DNA of 64,000 nucleotides from Escherichia coli (GTDB lineage Bacteria; Pseudomonadota; Gammaproteobacteria; Enterobacterales; Enterobacteriaceae): NCBI RefSeq assembly GCF_003334385.1, contig NZ_QOWN01000026.1; one strand, 5' to 3'. Shown piece by piece: positions 60,787 to 64,000 of this stretch (position 1 is its first letter; each line of letters starts with the position of its first letter). The notes under the pieces were generated by a model. It saw only the letters and a program-made list of their open reading frames with translations, ran no database searches and was not told where the DNA came from. The position numbers and the translations under genes were made by a program.

Positions 60787-61302
60787 CTAGATGTGCAGTT
60801 CCTGCAACTTCTCTTTCGGCAGTGCCAGTTCTTCGTTGCTGTTGATGCGTACGTCACGTTCCAGAATGCTACGCGCAATATCCTGCGCTTCCTGCAACGA
60901 GTGCATCTGGTAAGTGCCACACTGGTAGACGTTCAGTTCCGGGATCTGATTCTGATCCTGCACTTTCAGCACGTCTTCCATTGCCGCTTTCCAGGCATCA
61001 GCAACACGCTGCTCATCTGGCGTACCAATCAGACTCATATAAAAACCGGTGCGGCAGCCCATTGGCGAGATATCGATAATCTCTACACCATTACCGTTAA
61101 GATGGTTACGCATAAAACCAGCAAACAGGTGCTCCAGGGTATGGATCCCTCTTTCTGGCATCACTTCTTTGTTCGGCACGCAGAAGCGCAGATCGAACAC
61201 GGTGATTGCGTCGCCATGCGGGGTGTTCATTGTTTTCGCCACCCGAACTGCAGGCGCTTCCATCCGGGTATGATCGACTGTGAAGCTATCTAACAACGGC
61301 AT
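60787..61302 (-). CDS. luxS: S-ribosylhomocysteine lyase (AI-2 synthase)
   Basis: 171-aa ORF with HTLEH metal-binding motif. Confidence 0.97.
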
Positions 61303-61334
61303 TTAGCCACCTCCGGTAATTTTTTTAAAAATTT

Positions 61335-61366
61335 TCTGAACTCTTTCTTCCCAGGCGAGTCTGAGT
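61335..61366 (+). promoter_or_regulatory. sigmaE-type promoter of micA
   Basis: TGAACTC (-35-like, compare GGAACTT) and TCTGA (-10) upstream of the micA 5' end. Confidence 0.55.
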
Positions 61367-61370
61367 ATAT

Positions 61371-61443
61371 GAAAGACGCGCATTTGTTATCATCATCCCT
61401 GAATTCAGAGATGAAATTTTGGCCACTCACGAGTGGCCTTTTT
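61371..61443 (+). ncRNA. micA: Small RNA MicA (SraD)
   Basis: GAAAGACGCGCATTTGTTATCATCATCCCTGAATTCAGAGATGAAATTTTGGCCACTCACGAGTGGCCTTTTT matches my memory of MicA; ends in a terminator hairpin plus U-run. Confidence 0.9.
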
Positions 61444-61451
61444 CTTTTCTG

Positions 61452-63035
<1,584 letters not shown>

Positions 63036-63080
63036 TTAATTAGCATAACTGTAATGGTGACCATATGTGCAGGCCTACAA

Positions 63081-63509
63081 TTAGTGCCACCACATCATGC
63101 CCTGAACGGTCGCTGCTGCAACTGCAACATAGCGTAACGCTTTACCAAGGCACAAAAAAAAGATTACCGGTCCCCACGAGATGCGCATCCATCCCGCTAA
63201 CAGACACAGTAAATCGCCAACCACGGGCATCCAGCTTAATAATAGCGTGACTGCACCATAGCGTTTCAGCCAGCCGGTAGCTTTCTCTTGCCAGCGCGAT
63301 GTTTTACGCAATGGAAAGAAACGCCCAAGGATAACGTTAGTTAACCCTCCAAGGCTATTACCCATTGTTGCTGTTAAAACTAAAACCCAGGGATGACTGA
63401 TCCCGGAAAGCAACATTGCCACCAGCACGACTTCGGAGTTGCCGGGTAATAGTGTAGCGCTGAGAAAACTACTGGCAAACAACGAGAAAAGCGATAACGC
63501 TTCACTCAC
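63081..63509 (-). CDS. yqaA: DedA-family inner-membrane protein YqaA
   Basis: 142-aa membrane ORF; 4-nt overlap with yqaB. Confidence 0.9.
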   Translation of the reverse strand: MSEALSLFSLFASSFLSATLLPGNSEVVLVAMLLSGISHPWVLVLTATMGNSLGGLTNVILGRFFPLRKTSRWQEKATGWLKRYGAVTLLLSWMPVVGDLLCLLAGWMRISWGPVIFFLCLGKALRYVAVAAATVQGMMWWH

Positions 63510-64000
63510 AGCAAGCGAACATCCACGGCGTCCATGCCTGCTGCACGGGCCGCCTGAATACCGAAATCGGCATCTTCAAAGACCACACACTGCGTCGGTT
63601 GCACGCCCATACGCTGCGCGCACAACAAAAATGTGTCTGGCGCGGGTTTATGGTGTTTGACGTGATCGGCAGCGACGACGGCGTCAAAATAATGGCGTAA
63701 TCCCAGGTGCGCCAGCAATGCCTCAGCGATGGCGCTTTCACTCCCCGTTCCTACAGCCATTGGGCGACGACCATGCCAACTTTTCACCACATCAACAAGA
63801 GGAAGCGGTTCGACGCTATCCAGCAGCATACTTCTTACTGCTTCTGTTTTTTCACGCGCTAACGCATGCGGGTCGAGATCGGCCTGATTCAGCTCAATAA
63901 TTGCCTGAGCAATACGCCAGGTGGGCGATCCATTAAGCGCAATCATCGCCTGAATATCGTACTGAAGACCGTAGTGCCCTAATACTTCGCGCCACGCTTT
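63506..64000 (-). CDS. yqaB: HAD-family sugar phosphatase YqaB (5' end beyond the window)
   Basis: HAD motifs (DAVDVRLL at the C-terminus); reading frame stays open to the window edge, so the true start lies past 64000. Confidence 0.85.
   Translation of the reverse strand, partial: KAWREVLGHYGLQYDIQAMIALNGSPTWRIAQAIIELNQADLDPHALAREKTEAVRSMLLDSVEPLPLVDVVKSWHGRRPMAVGTGSESAIAEALLAHLGLRHYFDAVVAADHVKHHKPAPDTFLLCAQRMGVQPTQCVVFEDADFGIQAARAAGMDAVDVRLL

Overview
This window is an Escherichia coli-type chromosomal segment running from the rrn P1 promoter and clpB to yqaB, syntenic with the K-12 region around 58-61 min. Most of it is well-characterised core genome, and I did not find a convincing wholly new system. 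Gene order: clpB, yfiH, rluD, bamD, raiA, pheL-pheA, tyrA-aroF, yfiL, yfiR-dgcN-yfiB, rplS-trmD-rimM-rpsP, ffh, ypjD, yfjD, grpE, nadK, recN, bamE, ratB-ratA, smpB, ssrA (tmRNA), then a variable segment (24.5-35.3 kb), then csiD-lhgO-gabDTP-csiR, kbp, yqaE, ygaV-ygaP, stpA, alaE, ygaC, ygaM, nrdHIEF, proVWX, ygaY, ygaZH, mprA-emrAB, luxS, micA, gshA, yqaA, yqaB (partial). The variable segment is where the unusual signals are. ssrA is followed directly by the ypjA autotransporter with no intervening prophage (from memory, K-12 carries CP4-57 here). The segment holds decayed mobile-element remnants, an AT-rich two-gene cassette of unknown function, tRNA-Ile2 (ileY) and the ygaQ pseudogene. ypjA and ygaQ are both interrupted only by in-frame TAG codons (four in total). 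ygaY is intact here, whereas I recall it as a pseudogene in MG1655, so the strain is probably not MG1655. Gene names rest on my recognition of the translated proteins and on synteny; no database search was run. Coordinates of short motifs may be off by 1-2 nt.
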